DNA from: an uncultured bacterium
GTDB taxonomy: Bacteria > Patescibacteriota > Gracilibacteria > Absconditabacterales > Absconditicoccaceae
DNA: 42,187 bases
Direction: 5' to 3'
Assembly: GCA_937906635.1 (NCBI GenBank)
Contig: CALCYP010000036.1
Location: forward strand, 1 to 42,187
Positions 9,363-20,300 of this stretch are shown one piece after another (within the stretch, counting starts at the first letter, position 1; the number at the start of each line of letters is the position of its first letter). A program made the translations under genes and the position numbers. A model generated the notes under the pieces. It was given only the letters and a program-made list of their open reading frames with translations. It did no database searches and was not told the origin of the DNA.

Positions 9363-10895
9363 CTACTCTGCTACTTTTCTTATATCATCTATACAAAGCT
9401 GAATCTCTTTTATCTTTACAAGTGTTTTTGCATTATCCAACATCGGTTTTAATTCCCTAAGAAAGTCCAATCTTTTATCCTTGTATATATCTTCATAACC
9501 CTTTTTATTCCGCATTTTATTCAAGACTTCTTGTAAAAAATTTCTATCAATGGATCAATCATCACTTCAAAACAAATTAATTCGAGACTTTTCTCATAAT
9601 TTTAAATATCGGATATTTTTTATTTTGTCCAGTATCTGCTTTTCTCTATTTGGAATGGATGATTCCAGTAATAAATCAGCATTTTCTTTCGTCATTGAGA
9701 AAAGCGAAATAATAAAATCACTATCATCCACATCCAAAAAAGAATCTATCGTATGTTCCCATTTTTCCTCGTTCAACACTTGCTTTTTTAATTGTTCAAA
9801 TCCTCAAAAGTATTTTTTGACCATATTTTTTATTTTTTTAGATTTTATTTTATCAAAATCAATTGTTTCAACTATCATACTACCTTTTCTCAGTTCTTTG
9901 GCTCTCTCCTTTGCTTCATTAGAAAAAATTTCATTTTCTTCATCCTGTTTTTCTTTTGTAAGTCATTTTATCTGCCGAACTACATCTTCATCTTCCGAAT
10001 ATGCTCAAATCATCTCTCATATTTGTTCTTCATAGATATTTTTTTTTGAAAGTTTTCATTTCTTTGGATTGATAAATATAGATTTTCAAAAATCAATTAC
10101 ATAAAGCTTTCCATCATCTCAAAAAATTATATTTTTTTCATGTAAATCTCTATGATAAAATCAATTTTCATGTATTTTTTTAATAAATTTTCGTAATGCT
10201 AATCTATACTTTTCTCATTCTTTACTTCAAAATATTTTGATTTTACCTCTTTCTTTATAAAAAGCTTCATCGGCTTTTTTGCTATCATATTCATACCATT
10301 CCAAAAATATATGATCTACATCAGAATCAGATTTGGCAGATTTTATCCTATTCCTCAAATTATTTGCCTGTTGCTGTGCTACATTTTTTTCCATTTCACT
10401 TTTTCATGTCGCACTTGCTTCAATTTGCTTAGCTTTTGCTTCGATAATTCATTCAGCAATCTTATGATAAAGTGTTTTTCATTTTATGAAATCCATGATA
10501 ATGTAATTATCTCATTTATGAGAAAACATTCACCATAATCTTGGAATTTGAACAGGCTCTCATTCTTGTACTAATTTTCAAATTCTTTCATGTAACGAAT
10601 ATTCGTTATCAGGATTATTATCAAATCTCTTCTTTGCTACCAAAAGTTCCTTTTGCTCTCAATTATCATCCAAAACAGTAATTACAAAAATTTCTCATTC
10701 AGATCAAGAAGCATATATTTCATTTTTGTCTGATGTGTTAATTTTGTCTATAAGCACTTTCATTTGGTCTTCAAAAATTTTAGGATCCTTCAGTCTCATA
10801 TTAAAGTTCACATAAATTGCATTTTGTACATTCTGATTCAATTCTTGTCTTGAATTATTACTTTCAGACTCTATTTTTCTTTTATCTCATTCCAT
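9363..10895 (-). CDS. Eukaryotic-like (Hanks/RIO-type fold) protein kinase with an uncharacterised ~220-aa C-terminal region, 510 aa
   Basis: Gly-rich loop ASGSEGEIFVI, LLVAKKRF lysine, catalytic loop FYHRDLHEKNIIF, and DFG (YVIDFGKS). 21 in-frame TGAs were counted by hand. Confidence 0.8.
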
Positions 10896-10984
10896 ATTAT
10901 ATACTATAACAAATTAAATATTATAATTATACTCAAAAAACAATAAACAAGCTAAATTTTATACAGCTTTTTTAAAAAAATGAC

Positions 10985-11012
10985 TTGACTTATAATACAA
11001 AATACATATAAT
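10985..11012 (+). promoter_or_regulatory. Sigma70-like promoter of cassette 2
   Basis: TTGACT (10985-10990), 16-nt spacer, TATAAT (11007-11012). Confidence 0.55.
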
Positions 11013-11034
11013 TAAAATTCAAAAAACAAAAAAA

Positions 11035-11304
11035 ATGTTGAATTTTGAGATTTCAAAAATCGCTGTTGGCAATCCGAACTCAGCAGAGTTCAACTTTGCG
11101 ATTAAAAATCAGCAGCAAACAATAGCTCTTGCCAAGTACCTAAAAAGTATTGGCATCAAAGGACATGATTATGAAGGGCTTGAGGATGAAGTTATTTCTG
11201 CAAACATATGTATTTGGGCAGACGACATATTCATCGAGCAACTCATAAAAGAGTTAAGCAAGTGAAATTCACTTGCTTTATTTTTATTTGAAAAATTTTT
11301 GTAA
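11035..11304 (+). CDS. Hypothetical protein (UGA-free cassette 2): 76 aa to the first TGA (11263-11265), 89 aa to TAA under code 25
   Basis: All 4 Gly are GGN. The only in-frame TGA lies in the terminator stem. I recognise no family. Confidence 0.6.
11256..11289 (+). terminator. Intrinsic terminator overlapping the 3' end of cassette 2
   Basis: aagcaagtg-aaatt-cacttgctt followed by tatttttattt. Confidence 0.7.
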
Positions 11305-11344
11305 AACAATATTAAAGTATCTGTTTATATCAAAAAATATTTTC

Positions 11345-12244
11345 ATGAACAAAGCAAATGAGCATAGCAAAGAACTATTGGAAAAATATTTGAGAGAATC
11401 TACCACAAATCCCGAAAAAAATAGATTTTTCATATTAGTATGACCTCACGGAATTTGAAAATCCGATATCGCAATACAATTATCAAAAATCATTTTATGA
11501 GATTTTTTTTATAATGATTTTTTGCATATCAGAGATTTTTCAGGACAATTATGAAAGGAACATGAACTAAAGGTCGAATATAAAGAGGATAATAAAACCA
11601 GTAAAGAATTATTTGATACATATTGATACAAAGACTTATGAACCAGAGAAATCAACGAATGGCTATCGCTATCTCCTGCCGGTACAAAAAAAATATTATT
11701 GCTGGAAAATATAGAAAGGATGAACAAAGCCGCCATAAATGCTTTTTTGAAAACATGTGAAGAGTTGCTACCAAATTGTATCATTTTAGCCACAAGTAGC
11801 AATAAATCCAGAATTTTGGATACAATCCTCTCCAGATCTATAATAATTCCATTTTTTGAATATACAGAAGATGAGCTTTTGAAATATTGTGATGAAAAAT
11901 GATATTTTGCTTGAGATAATAATTTAAAAGAATTAGTTTGTTTGATGAGCCAATGAAAAATGTGAACATTAGATTTATTTCACGAAAAGTTATCTGACAA
12001 CGAAGAATTAAAAGATAAGTTCACAAGCATAATTCAGACATTACAAAATTCTACCATTTGAGTAAAATACCAAGCACTGCTTGATATAAACACTGCATGA
12101 TTTACTGAACAATTTTTGGATTGATTAATTGCATATTACATCCAAAAAAATCAATTCGATTTGGCACAAAATTGGTTGAATGTTAGGAAAATCATTTGAA
12201 CAAACGTAAGGAACGAAAACTTGCTATTTTCTGGATTAATCTAA
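11345..12244 (+). CDS. holB: DNA polymerase III delta' subunit, 299 aa
   Basis: Motifs seen: ILVGPHGIGKS and KILLLENIERMNKAAINAFLKTCEELLPNCIILATSSNKSRILDTILSRS. Confidence 0.85.
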
Positions 12245-12302
12245 TCTTGACTTACAACAAATAATGTTTAACATTATGATTCATAAACAAAAATAATCAA
12301 TT

Positions 12303-12623
12303 ATGGTCAAATTTGTTGTTATATTTTTAGTCGTGATAACATTAGCTGTAATTTATTGCTCATTGTATGCTTTAATATATGGGAAACACAAATGGATTTT
12401 AGCTATTGTTAGTACAACATGTACTGTCGTTTTAGTCCTATTCATTCTACACCTATTGGGAATTACTAACTATATAACTATATATTTAGGAAAACCCAAA
12501 TGGGTAATGCTAAGTATGATAATATGGATATTTACCATAGCTATTATTCTAGACAAAGTGGAAGAAAGACAAGAAGATGAAAGACAAAAAAAGGCTTGAT
12601 TATCAAGCCTTTTTCATATTTAA
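12303..12623 (+). CDS. Small 3-TM membrane protein (UGA-free cassette 3): 98 aa to the first TGA (12597-12599), 106 aa to TAA under code 25
   Basis: Three hydrophobic helices and a charged tail EERQEDERQKKA. All 3 Gly are GGN. A TTGACT box lies at 12247-12252. The TGA lies in the terminator stem. Confidence 0.6.
12591..12614 (+). terminator. Intrinsic terminator overlapping the 3' end of cassette 3
   Basis: aaggcttga-tta-tcaagcctt (9-bp stem) followed by a T-rich tract. Confidence 0.7.
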
Positions 12624-12692
12624 AGAAATATCTCATTTTGAAAAAAAGGACCTCGAGGTTTCAATTGAAACAAAATACCAGGGTGTAATTCC

Positions 12693-13670
<978 letters not shown>

Positions 13671-13746
13671 TTTTTATTTTTTTGATATAAACTATTTTGC
13701 TTATACTGATTTTCAAGGCTTTTTGCAAGATTAATTGAAAAAATAA

Positions 13747-13817
13747 GTCATTTCGAATCAAAGATGAGAAATCCATAAATGTTAAATGGATTTCTCCTCG
13801 TTCCTCGTCGAAATGAC
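13747..13817. repeat. Nested inverted-repeat (MITE-like) element
   Basis: Outer inverted repeat gtcatttcga ... tcgaaatgac and inner hairpin gagaaatcca...tggatttctc. I estimate about 80% similarity to 28630-28702 by eye. Confidence 0.75.
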
Positions 13818-13833
13818 ATATTTTAATTATTCA

Positions 13834-15456
13834 TTAATTCAATCATGCTTTCACAAGTCCAAGAAACAATGGATGTGGTCTATTTAGTCTTGATTTAAAT
13901 TCTGGATGGGCTTGTGTAGCTACAAAATATTTGTGTTCTGGCAACTCAATAAATTCAACCAGACTTCCATCTGGAGATTTTCCAGAAAATACAAGTCAAT
14001 TTTCGGATAATATTTCATGGAAATTTGGATTTACTTCAAATCTATGTCTATGTCTCTCTTTCACTAAATTTTTGGCTAAATCAATTTGGTTGAATTCTTT
14101 ATATAGATGCCAAACTTTGGTATCAGGAGTCAAAATAGCATCATAGGAACCCAAACGCATCGTTCATCATTTATTTGTAATTTGCTTTTGGCTTTCCATA
14201 ATATCTACTACATTAAATTCATTGTCTGGAGTAAATTCTCCACTATTTGCTTTTGGAAGTTGGCATACAGATCTAGCAAAAGCGATAGTAGCGACTTGCA
14301 ATCACAAGCACAATCATAAATATGGAATATTTTTTTCTCTACAGAAATTCGCTAAATTTATCATTCATTCGACTCCTCTATCTCAAAATCATCATGGAAC
14401 AACGATTCAAACGATATTTTTCTGGTTACATAAATTTCTCAAATCATCTTCTCGTCATTCTGATTCATAATTTTCAGTATCAATTCGTTCAAGATTTATC
14501 TTTGTATCATAATATGCTCAAGCATGCTTCAAAGCCTCAACGACACTGATGTATGAGTCGTCCAAATGTGTATATTTTCATGCCAATCCTATTGTAAGTT
14601 CTCTATTCGGATTCTGAAGTTTGTAAAGTAAGTTTTTTCGCTCTGTGAGGTCTGATTTTTTGTCTTCATTAAATAATCTTTTTATGATTAAACCATCCAA
14701 TCATTGATTTTGAAATGAAATTGGAAGTTCATAAATATTTTGATCCAAATTTTCGATTATTGAATCTTCTGACATATCACAAAACATTGATAACTTTTTC
14801 TTTAATCAATCTTGTAATGGACGATTTGTCCTACAAATCAATATATCAGCTTGAATTCCGAGTTCTCTAAGTTTTATGATAGAATGCTGGATTGCTTTTG
14901 TTTTCATCTCTCCAGAAGTCGTGACTGTGACAATCGGTGCTACATGGACAAAAAGCACGTTTTCTTTCCCAAGTTCATATCTGAGTTGCCTCATACTCTC
15001 TATGAAATGTGGTCATTCAATATCTCAGACTGTACCACCAATTTCAATGATTGCCACATCACTTCAATTTGCTATTTTTTGAATTCTACGCTTTACTTCG
15101 TTTGTGACATGAAGAATTACTTGGACAGTTTTTCATAGGTAGTCTCACCTTCTCTCTCTTTTCATGACAGATAGGTAAATTTGCCCCGTTGTAGTACTGG
15201 AAAATCTCGTCAATTCCTCATCAATAAATCTCTCATAATGTCCTAAATCCAGATCTGTCTCAAATCAATCATTTGTGACAAAAGTCTCTCCATGTTCGTA
15301 TGGAGACATCGTCCCTGCATCGATTTGCAGATAAGGATCCATTTTTCCCATTGTCACTTTGTATCAAGCAGACTTTAACAATCTTCCAATTGAAGCCGCT
15401 GTAATTCATTTACCTAAACCAGAAATTACTCATCAAGTCACGAAGATTAGTTTCAT
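13834..15456 (-). CDS. pyrG: CTP synthase, 540 aa
   Basis: N-terminus [61 protein letters not shown]. The internal segment reads [28 protein letters not shown]. Confidence 0.93.
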
Positions 15457-15535
15457 TGATATTTTTTAGGTGGTAAAATAATTATATACTCATGATTAAT
15501 GAATTTTCAACACAAAATTTTATTAAATTTTTCTA

Positions 15536-15563
15536 TTGACTTATATTATTTGATAGATATATT
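15536..15563 (+). promoter_or_regulatory. Sigma70-like promoter of cassette 4
   Basis: TTGACT (15536-15541), 16-nt spacer, TATATT (15558-15563). Confidence 0.5.
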
Positions 15564-15597
15564 CTCATAGTAAAAGCAAACAAAAAACATCAGCCAT

Positions 15598-16218
15598 ATG
15601 AGAGAAAAACACATCAGGAAATGCCCCTGCAAAGAGAAAAGACAGAATTCTCTTTCTGAAAAAATGAACGAATTAATGTACCGTTTCGGCAAAGATCCAA
15701 ATGGCACTTTAATTGGATTAGAAATTAGCGATATAATACTACTACTGGGCCAAAAAGGAAAGATTTCGGAAAAAGACTACGAACTCGTATTCGATACTTT
15801 TCTTAGCCGAGCTAGTGTTCGCACCCTTATCAAATTTGCTGAGAAATACGGCAATGAAGATAAAAGAGACAAAGTCCTGAATACTATTTTTTCTAGGAAA
15901 AGCTATGAAGACGGAAGACTTGTCTATCTAAACGCAAAGAAGAGGGAAAACAAGCTCAGAGGGATTAAGATGATGAAAGATGCATCGTACAATTCATTCA
16001 TCTACATCCTGCACAAAGCCATCCAACATCACGACCTTTTGATGCAAGGAGAATTGGATGGAACAGTGAAAAATGAAGTCATAGATTGCCGCAAAAAATG
16101 GCAGACAATATACGGCTTCGAAAGGGAAATCGGTTCTGATTACCAGGATTCAAAGTATAGAGTTGAAATACTCAAGAAGCTTTTGGATCCTGATATAAAA
16201 AGTATCCAACTGAACTAA
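15598..16218 (+). CDS. Hypothetical protein, 206 aa (UGA-free cassette 4)
   Basis: Intact in the standard-code track, ATG to TAA. All 12 Gly are GGN. CGN Arg codons are frequent. A hand count of the first ~120 nt gives about 37% G+C, against about 32% for the start of ruvB. I recognise no family. Confidence 0.7.
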   Translation: MREKHIRKCPCKEKRQNSLSEKMNELMYRFGKDPNGTLIGLEISDIILLLGQKGKISEKDYELVFDTFLSRASVRTLIKFAEKYGNEDKRDKVLNTIFSRKSYEDGRLVYLNAKKRENKLRGIKMMKDASYNSFIYILHKAIQHHDLLMQGELDGTVKNEVIDCRKKWQTIYGFEREIGSDYQDSKYRVEILKKLLDPDIKSIQLN

Positions 16219-16222
16219 CTCA

Positions 16223-16248
16223 AGGAGCTAAAATGCTCCTTTTTTTTT
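16223..16248 (+). terminator. Intrinsic terminator
   Basis: aggagc-taaaat-gctcct followed by a T9 run. Confidence 0.75.
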
Positions 16249-16339
16249 AATCAAATTTCATATTGAAATATCTCTCACCTTGATTATATAGGTATATTAT
16301 GTATAAAAATTTATATATTTACTTATATTCTACAAAAAA

Positions 16340-18169
16340 ATGAAAAGAAAAAATCTTGTTCTAATCTTTGCTTTATTTGCATTAAGCTCAATAGTTCCAA
16401 ACTATATTTTTGCCGATAGTGGCGATAATGAATCTACTTGAACCATATTGACGGTATCAACAAATAACAATACCTGAGATACTATTCAAGAGCCTCAAAT
16501 TTTGATTGATACAGGGACAAAAACTATTTATGTATCTGGATATGTAGATACTTGAACTTCAAGCACATGAGCAAATAATACTTGAGATACTGCTACTTGA
16601 AGCATAAATACATGAAGCACAGAAACTTGAACACTGACTCCTCTGACTTGAAGCAATCTGACTTTTGAAGAAGAGTTTGCTTTGGCTCTGTCATGGATGT
16701 ATAATAATTGACTGACAATGTACAATAATTCTGGTGATTATAGAATGTATGATTTGTTGACTCGTGAAGAGGCTGCAAAAATTATATGACAAGCATATAA
16801 TGTATTTGGTTTAGATACTGGAGTAGTAAAAAATAATTCTTGTACTTTTGATGATGCAAATTTATTTAATCCTACTCTATCAGTGCATATTGCTAATGTG
16901 TGTCAATGGTGATTATTCCAAGGTTCAAATTGAAAATATTTGCCAAGAGAAAATCTCACAAAAGCTCAAGCGATGGCTGTATTAATTAGGATGATTGAAT
17001 GAAAAATGTCTTATGAATTGCAAACTCCTTGGCGAGAACAATATTATAACAAATGAAAAATGATTGGGTTGACCAATATAGAAAATATAAATGAATTTGA
17101 TCACGATTTGGCGAGATATGAAATTGCTCTTATGGTTTATAGGATGAGGACAATCATGGAAAATAATCAAATGAAGACATTAGCATTAAATGCTATGGCA
17201 TGAATTGAAAATAGCAAAACTTGAGTTATCGATTCACAGACTGTAATTGACAATCTATGAACATTAGTTTGATGAATAGATCCTTCTACCGATCCTGAAT
17301 TAGCTGAAGCTATTTACTGGATGTACGATAATTGATTAACTATATACAAGACAGTTGCTGACTTCAAACCATTTGATGTATTTACCAGAGAATGATGAGC
17401 AAAAATATTTGATAAATTCTCTGATATGTTAGGATTGTGAACGAGCAATGATTATCTACCAAATGAATGTAATTTCTCAGACATATCACAATTATCTGAA
17501 GAATCACAAAATCATATAGTAAATGTTTGTAAAAAATGATTAATCAAATGATCAAATTGAAAATTCAATCCATATGAAAATATGAATAAATCAACATTCA
17601 TTGTGGCTTTGATTAGGATGTTTGAATGAAAAACATTGGATGAAACTACTACTCCACGATGGAAAAATTATTTTGAAAAAGCAGAAGAATTGTGACTTGT
17701 GACAGCAGCTGATACTACTACATTTGATACACCGATTAGCAGATATGAAGTCGCCTTATTTTTGTACAAGTTTAATATAAGATACAAAATGTTAAATAAT
17801 TTGAATAATAATAGGATTTCAGATCAAGTAATTAGTACAGTCTCTGGATCCGTATTAGAAAATTGAAAAGTAGCTAATATTTATATTAATACCTCTCTTT
17901 TGAAACAATGAGCATTGGATTTGTGATATATAGAGATAATGTGAAATAGATACAAAATCGTAAAATCAAAAGAAACATCTTATTATTCAAATGGATTTGT
18001 ACGATACTGAGATATGTTTGATATAGCAACGGACGAAAAAATTGGAACAATAAACTTCATGGTAATGAACAATTATGTAATAGAATGAAAATTAAGATTT
18101 ACAGACAAGACATATGAAATTTCATGAGTTGAATGAACAAGTGCATATTATAAAATAACACAAATTTAA
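16340..18169 (+). CDS. Secreted SLH (S-layer homology)-repeat surface protein, 609 aa
   Basis: Signal peptide MKRKNLVLIFALFALSSIVPNYIFA, then a Thr/Gly linker. Repeated SLH-like modules follow, e.g. CTFDDANLF...VCQWGLFQGSNGKYLPRENLTKAQAMAVLIRM and CNFSDISQL...VCKKGLIKGSNGKFNPYENMNKSTFIVALIRM. Confidence 0.8.
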
Positions 18170-18171
18170 AA

Positions 18172-18270
18172 ATAGCTAATAGCCAATAGCTAATGGCTGA
18201 TAGCATTCATATTCGCTATTAGCTATATGCTATGTGCTATCAGCTGAAAATTTTACAATGTAAAATTTTC
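18172..18270. repeat. Inverted heptamer arms plus AT palindrome (composite intergenic module)
   Basis: One arm reads agctaat agccaat agctaat ggctgat agc and the other gctatta gctatat gctatgt gctatca gct. The palindrome gaaaattttac-aat-gtaaaattttc (18246-18270) ends 2 nt before the ruvB ATG. Confidence 0.85.
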
Positions 18271-18272
18271 CT

Positions 18273-19241
18273 ATGGAGATTAAGAAGATTAATATAGATA
18301 CTATACAGCTTGAGGACGAAAGTTTTAGACCTGATACTTTTGAAAATTTTATTGGTCAAGAGCATATCAAATCTGTTTTGCACACTGCTATGGAAAGTGC
18401 TGAGACAAGGAATAGTACAATGTGACATATTTTATTTTCTGGTCCAAGTGGATTTTGAAAAACTACTATGGCACACATTATTTCCAAACATAATCATGTT
18501 TCTATGAAAGCTGTGACTGGTTATGCAATCACAAAACCTGCTGAGATAGTTAGTATTTTGAATAATTTGGATGAATGAGATATTTTGTTTATCGATGAAA
18601 TTCATAGGCTCAGACCAAATGTGGAAGAAGTTTTATACATAGCTATGGAAGATTTTGTGATTGATATGGTAATGCCAGAATGATGAAATGTCAGAATACC
18701 TATCAATAAGTTTACTTTAATTGGAGCAACAACTAAACCAGAAGCCTTGAGTAAGCCTATGAAAAATAGATTTGTTTACGATTTCCATTTCATGGATTAC
18801 AATATTGATGAAAAAAAGCAAATTTTGAAAAAATATTTAGAAAAATATTGAGTGCCTGTAAAAGATGAACTATTAGATGAAATACAGAAAAAAGTAGATT
18901 CGGTACCAAGAGAAATTCATAATTTGTGCATCAAAATCAGAGATTTCTTTGTCACAAAGTATAATGGTAAAAAAGAATTTACACAAGAGATGCGGAAAGA
19001 CTTTTTGAGACACAGCAAAATTTCTGATGGATGAATGACTCCTCTTCACGAAAAATATTTGAATATATTGAGGGAAGCTAATAGACCATTAGGTTTGAAA
19101 TCTATTGCAATACAGCTCTGAATGACTGAAAAATGAGTAGAAGAAGATATAGAGCCATTGCTTTTGAAAATGTGAAAAATAGACAAAACAACTCAAGGTA
19201 GAATTTTGACAGATTGATATTGATACTGACTTTTTAGTTAA
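18273..19241 (+). CDS. ruvB: Holliday junction branch migration helicase RuvB, 322 aa
   Basis: Motifs seen: [65 protein letters not shown]. Confidence 0.93.
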
Positions 19242-19263
19242 TTTTTAAATTATAATAGCAAAC

Positions 19264-19680
19264 ATGCTTTTAATACCAAAATTTATTATATTAAAAACCG
19301 TATTTCCATTTCTTGCTTTTCTCGTTGCTTGGGAAGTAGTATGGAAAATAATAGCGATGTACAAAGCCGGACAACAAAAGGAGCTTTGATGGTTTATTTG
19401 CATATTTATATTTAATACATTTGGACTATTACCTATCATATACTTGTTGGTTGATAGCATGAAAAAAGATAATATTGAAAAAAATAATATTGAAAAAGAT
19501 AATATTGAATTATCAAAAGAAAATAATAATGTCTCTACTGAGACAACACAACCAAAAAAGGCATTGAAAGGAGGTGTAAAAAAATGAGAAAATGTAATGT
19601 CAGAAAAAAAGCAGAAAGGAATGCTAAGCGCTTCCTCAAAAACAAAACAAAAAAGCACACAAAAAGAGGTAAAAAAGTAA
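19264..19680 (+). CDS. DUF5652-like small membrane protein with a Lys-rich tail, 138 aa
   Basis: The segment VAWEVVWKIIAMYKAGQQKELGWFICIFIFNTFGLLPIIYLLV matches my recollection of the DUF5652 motif (WK..A.WKAA...WF....NT.GILPIIYL). It has 2 in-frame TGAs. Confidence 0.65.
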
Positions 19681-19716
19681 AAAAAACATGAAAAAAGTAG
19701 TCGGGTATCTATGACC

Positions 19717-19752
19717 AAGCCATCTAATGAATTTCAAAAGATGGCTTTTTTT
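19717..19752 (+). terminator. Intrinsic terminator
   Basis: aagccatct-N13-agatggctt followed by a T run. Confidence 0.7.
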
Positions 19753-19868
19753 GAATATTGTTTTATAAATATTTCTAAATACACTTGATTTTTTGTGTGC
19801 CTTTTGTAAATATTACCGTTGTATTGTCCGACATGGTGTTGGACATAGTAATAACTAAATCTATTTAT

Positions 19869-20165
19869 ATGCAAAAATTAAGTATTGTAGGGGCTGTACG
19901 AGTCCCTGAAGACATTCCAAATCTGGTTCAAAATCAAGGAGATGCCGAGTTAATTATGACTCCAAACTATGAATTTCATAGAAATGAAAAAGGTTACACC
20001 ACTAGAGCACTACTGAATGTAGATGGTACGAAGTATTTTATTACCCAAAACACGAAAGACCAATCTCTATCAATAGGCTATCTTGAAAAAGAACCAGACA
20101 AAAAAACTCGCAGAAAAATTAAAAAAATCGTTGATGCTAAGTTTTTTTGAGACAATAGACCATAG
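19869..20165 (+). CDS. Hypothetical protein (UGA-free cassette 5): 93 aa to the first TGA (20148-20150), 98 aa to TAG under code 25
   Basis: ATG at 19869, with an alternative ATG at 19833. Promoter-like TTGATT (19785-19790) and TAAATA (19807-19812). All 5 Gly are GGN. The terminator follows directly. Confidence 0.6.
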
Positions 20166-20186
20166 GCTTCCTATGGTCATTTTTTT
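20158..20186 (+). terminator. Intrinsic terminator
   Basis: gaccatagg-ctt-cctatggtc followed by aT7. Confidence 0.75.
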
Positions 20187-20300
20187 ATTTTTAACGCATA
20201 ACTACTGAGAAAACTCAATTTACTTGCTTTTGCTGTTTATTTGTATAAAATGAAAGTTAGTTAATTTTTTTGTAATTTTGATTTATTACATAATTTATAA

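Noticed and set aside
9550-10049. Plus-strand ORFs of 161 aa and 85 aa.
   Set aside because: They are shadow ORFs antisense to the protein kinase gene and have Ser/Phe/Ile-rich nonsense composition.
13671-13833. A T-box leader upstream of trpS.
   Set aside because: No T-box consensus or specifier-loop architecture is visible. The structured part is a copy of the nested inverted-repeat element.
19245-19718. A 157-aa minus-strand ORF in the supplied track.
   Set aside because: It is antisense to a plus-strand gene with a recognisable DUF5652-like motif. Its product is low-complexity Phe/Ser/Cys-rich sequence created by reading the Lys-rich tail backwards.
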